Below, one piece after another: positions 61,201 through 64,000 of a stretch of DNA of 64,000 bases. A program made the translations under genes and the position numbers. Source of the DNA: Setoptus koraiensis (taxonomy: Eukaryota > Animalia > Arthropoda); contig CM106585.1 of the NCBI GenBank assembly GCA_048013815.1, positions 7,564,001 through 7,628,000 on the forward strand. The letters run 5' to 3'. Under the pieces are notes generated by a model, which worked only from the letters and a program-made list of their open reading frames with translations, made no database searches and was not told where the DNA came from. The stretch's first letter is position 1, and each line of letters begins with the position of its first letter.

Positions 61201-63578
61201 AAAGGTAACGAGATCACAGTTTGATACTTTACGTTTGCGTTGCTTTGCTTTGCAGCGAAGACTCTCTCCCCATTAGAGATAGTTGCGCGAAAAATGAACT
61301 GAGACTGGACGAGATAATTTCCATTGTTGAGGCTCTTTTTAACTGGATTAGCCAATGATTGAATAGCCTTTCACACTATGGACACAACACAACGAGCGAG
61401 CGAGCGGACAACGACGGACAATGCGCGCAATAGCAAAAGAATAGATAGATGCTTGTAAATCGCAAAAGCCAACTGGTGGCTGCGCAAAACGAACGCCCGA
61501 TCTGAAAGAACGATCTGAAAGAATTATTATTATTCCACGGTGTTCTTTATTCTTTGCGCTTCATTATTCATTGTTGCATTCATTGTTGCTGTTGTTGTTG
61601 TTGTTGTTGTTGCTACATAACTTGTGAGTGTGTGTTGTTGTGTTACAACAAAATGATAGTTAGTAAAATAATTTCGATTATCTGCTTTCGGCTGCTATTC
61701 ACTGCCGACAATTTGATTAGGCTTCCTTTACACACTCGCATGACACATCCGCTTCGCTAGTTTGAGTGTCACGATCTCATCAAATGATCCATTTTTTGCC
61801 CTCTTTTACTCCTTTTTCCATTCGCTTTCACTCTTTTCTGGGCTCGCTTTTTGCTCTTCTTTCACTCTCGCTCTGAGAGTCTTTGCTTCGTTTTTGCTGA
61901 GCTGCTCTCATTAACCGTTCTATGTAGGCCTGTATCGTTAACAAACGAACACACGAAAAAATATCTTGTTAGTGTATGCAATGAGAGAAAACGAAAGTTG
62001 ACTCTCGTTTGATACATAATGATCGCCCAACTCTGGCTACTAGCGCCAGTGCAGCCAGTGTGCCAATGGAAACAAACACCGGCTTGTTATCCGCCATTGT
62101 GCTATCATTAGCGCCCTTATGCAATGCAAGCCTCACAACACAAGACTCGCTGATTACATAATATACATCTCGTATAATATTGTATTATAATGCATGCGAG
62201 TTTGCTTGTTACGACGGCCGCTCAACAACGACGAAAATGATCAACGTACAACAACAGTTATATAATTTTAGTTTTTGACGGCTGCTTGTGATTTGCGACA
62301 GTTTAATTGTAAAACTCAGCTCGTGATTGAGTTCCGCTGGCCACTTGAGCAAGTTTGTCAGTTAGTTAATCATCACTTGTCGCCACTACAGGCACCAGAC
62401 AACGAGTCAACGAGACAACGAGTCAACGAGACAACCGGAGATTGTTATCAATTGGCAACAGTTTATTGTTGCCACTGTCGCCTTTGAATCACTGTCCACA
62501 ACCACCGACGACAACTCGAATGGCCGCTACATCCGGTGTGCGCGATGTGTCGGCTGGCTCGCATTTGACTTGAACTGGCAAAATCGACAAGTTAACTAAA
62601 CTTAAATTGTCCGGCAATTGCAGTTTGCAACACGGCGACCAACATAATATTTGAGAGAGTATTCGCAAAATACAACAAGGAGAAAAAATAATCTCTTCGG
62701 CTCGCTCTGTGGCTGTTGCTCTCTAAATCAGCGATTCTAATGCAGAGTGAGTGCGATTCGCAAGTTGGCCCCGGTTTGTGAGCCGCACTAATCGCTCATT
62801 TGATAACATGATAATTGGTAGATGTCAACTTGACAGCTCAACAGCAAACAGTCCGTTATTGGCTGACTATGTATTAGCGCTCGTTATATTAGCGCTCGTT
62901 ATTGAGTGATGGCTCGGTTAGCTTGCATTTCACCTTGATAAGTGTGGTCGCAACTGGTAACTGGTCCATCGTTAGCGGGCATTCATTTAATTGAGTGTTT
63001 GATACAGTCAAATAGCGAGCGAGCGAGCGAGCGAAATCACCGCTGTGTAACCCGTGATAACGGCATTTATGTGATAACGGCATTTATGTTATAACCAGTC
63101 AAGTCGCGGCCAGAGAATGCAAACAGAGGACGCACAGAGAGAGACAAGTCAATCAATGTTATTGTTGATATATCAGTGATGGCACAATAAAACGAGACCA
63201 CACGCGCACCGTCTTCGATAGGTTAATTAACGGTTAACGTTAATTAACTAAACTATCACCTGTGCGCCGTAGAGCAGACACAAAGCGACAGGTGAACTGT
63301 GACTTGACTCTGTTCTCTGTGACTTTGTCTGTGATTAACTGGCATCATTAACTGCAAAGCTGATTTGTTTCAATCAGTGCTGATCATTAGGTCAGCTCGA
63401 GCCACTTTGATGCTGCCGCTCACTCTCATTTACCTGTGATTTAAGCTCACTGTCGCCGATTCGAGCAATTTAATTTAATATCTGTCTGTTGATATTTAGT
63501 GAGTGCATCCGTGCCAGTGCAATCAATCAAATCATCATCATCATCATTAATTGCTATTCGCTATTCACTGCGCTATAT

Positions 63579-63617
63579 ATTTGCCGTGTATTTGCCGTGT
63601 ATTTGCCGTGTATTTGC
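63579..63617. repeat. 11-bp tandem repeat ATTTGCCGTGT x3.5, followed by an inverted copy
   Basis: Tandem units at 63579, 63590 and 63601, with reverse complement CACGGCAAATAT at 63624-63635. Confidence 0.9.
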
Positions 63618-63930
63618 TAAAATCACGGCAAATATGTAGCCACGGCGCGCCAAACAAAAGCGAGCCCTGGCGGCCAGCGCCAGCACGACAGTTGGCCAGC
63701 GTCGGCTTGTCGGATTATCGGCTTCGAATTGAGCCGCTTTTGGGCTTTCGCGGGAGCCCTGTCGTGCGTTCGGCCCAACAGTGTCGGACGGACAGTTCTG
63801 CAGAGTTGCGCAAGAATTCCGTCGGTAATCCCACCGCCAACAGGTAGTTGGCGGCTCGTTGTGCGGCCCGTTGCGCGGCTCGTCGGACGGAGCCCGATTT
63901 TTGCCACCCCGGCGGGCGCCGTTCGACACG

Positions 63931-64000
63931 ACATGGCGACATGGCGATATGGCGATATGGCGATATGGCGATATCGCGGTATCGCGGTATCGCCGTATGG
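63931..64000. repeat. 8-bp tandem array (ATATGGCG consensus), truncated by the window end
   Basis: ACATGGCG x2, ATATGGCG x3, ATATCGCG, GTATCGCG, GTATCGCC and so on. Confidence 0.9.

Noticed and set aside
50000-64000. Region-wide enrichment of CAGGTG and Zelda-type CAGGTAG motifs
   Set aside because: My rough count of about 10 CAGGTG is close to the ~7 expected by chance in 14 kb on both strands. Zelda is also not known to me from chelicerates. Only the local array is reported.

Overview
This is eukaryotic genomic DNA, not prokaryotic. GT-AG introns of about 80-250 bp, a C-type-lectin-bearing contactin and a shutdown/FKBP6 gene point to an arthropod. The high gene density and many intronless genes suggest a compact mite-like genome (inference). 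Positions ~1-49.8 kb hold 18 recognisable genes: a caspase (cut by the window edge), GIGYF, a membrane carboxypeptidase of the CPD/CPM subfamily, an ACSL3/4-like gene, CDC50A, FKBP6/shu, contactin, PTRHD1, SUCLG1, eIF3a, a PPP1R14-like gene, PLA2G15/LCAT-like, cytosolic aconitase/IRP, MED15, RBM42, asparagine synthetase and MINPP1-like, plus a CDC50 relic. The last ~14 kb has no recognisable coding sequence and is rich in short tandem duplications and palindromes. Three observations stand out. (1) Aconitase intron 2 hides an in-frame 164-codon candidate cassette exon, at the position of the vertebrate IRP2-specific insertion and ending in the same CPFH motif. One gene might therefore make both IRP1-like and IRP2-like proteins. 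(2) An intronless ACSL-like gene with a degenerate ATP-binding loop sits between two copies of a recent local duplication, which supplies a promoter-region fragment upstream and a 3' UTR downstream. (3) Several proteins appear truncated or catalytically altered (MED15, GIGYF, contactin, MINPP1). All gene identities come from motif recognition, not database searches.
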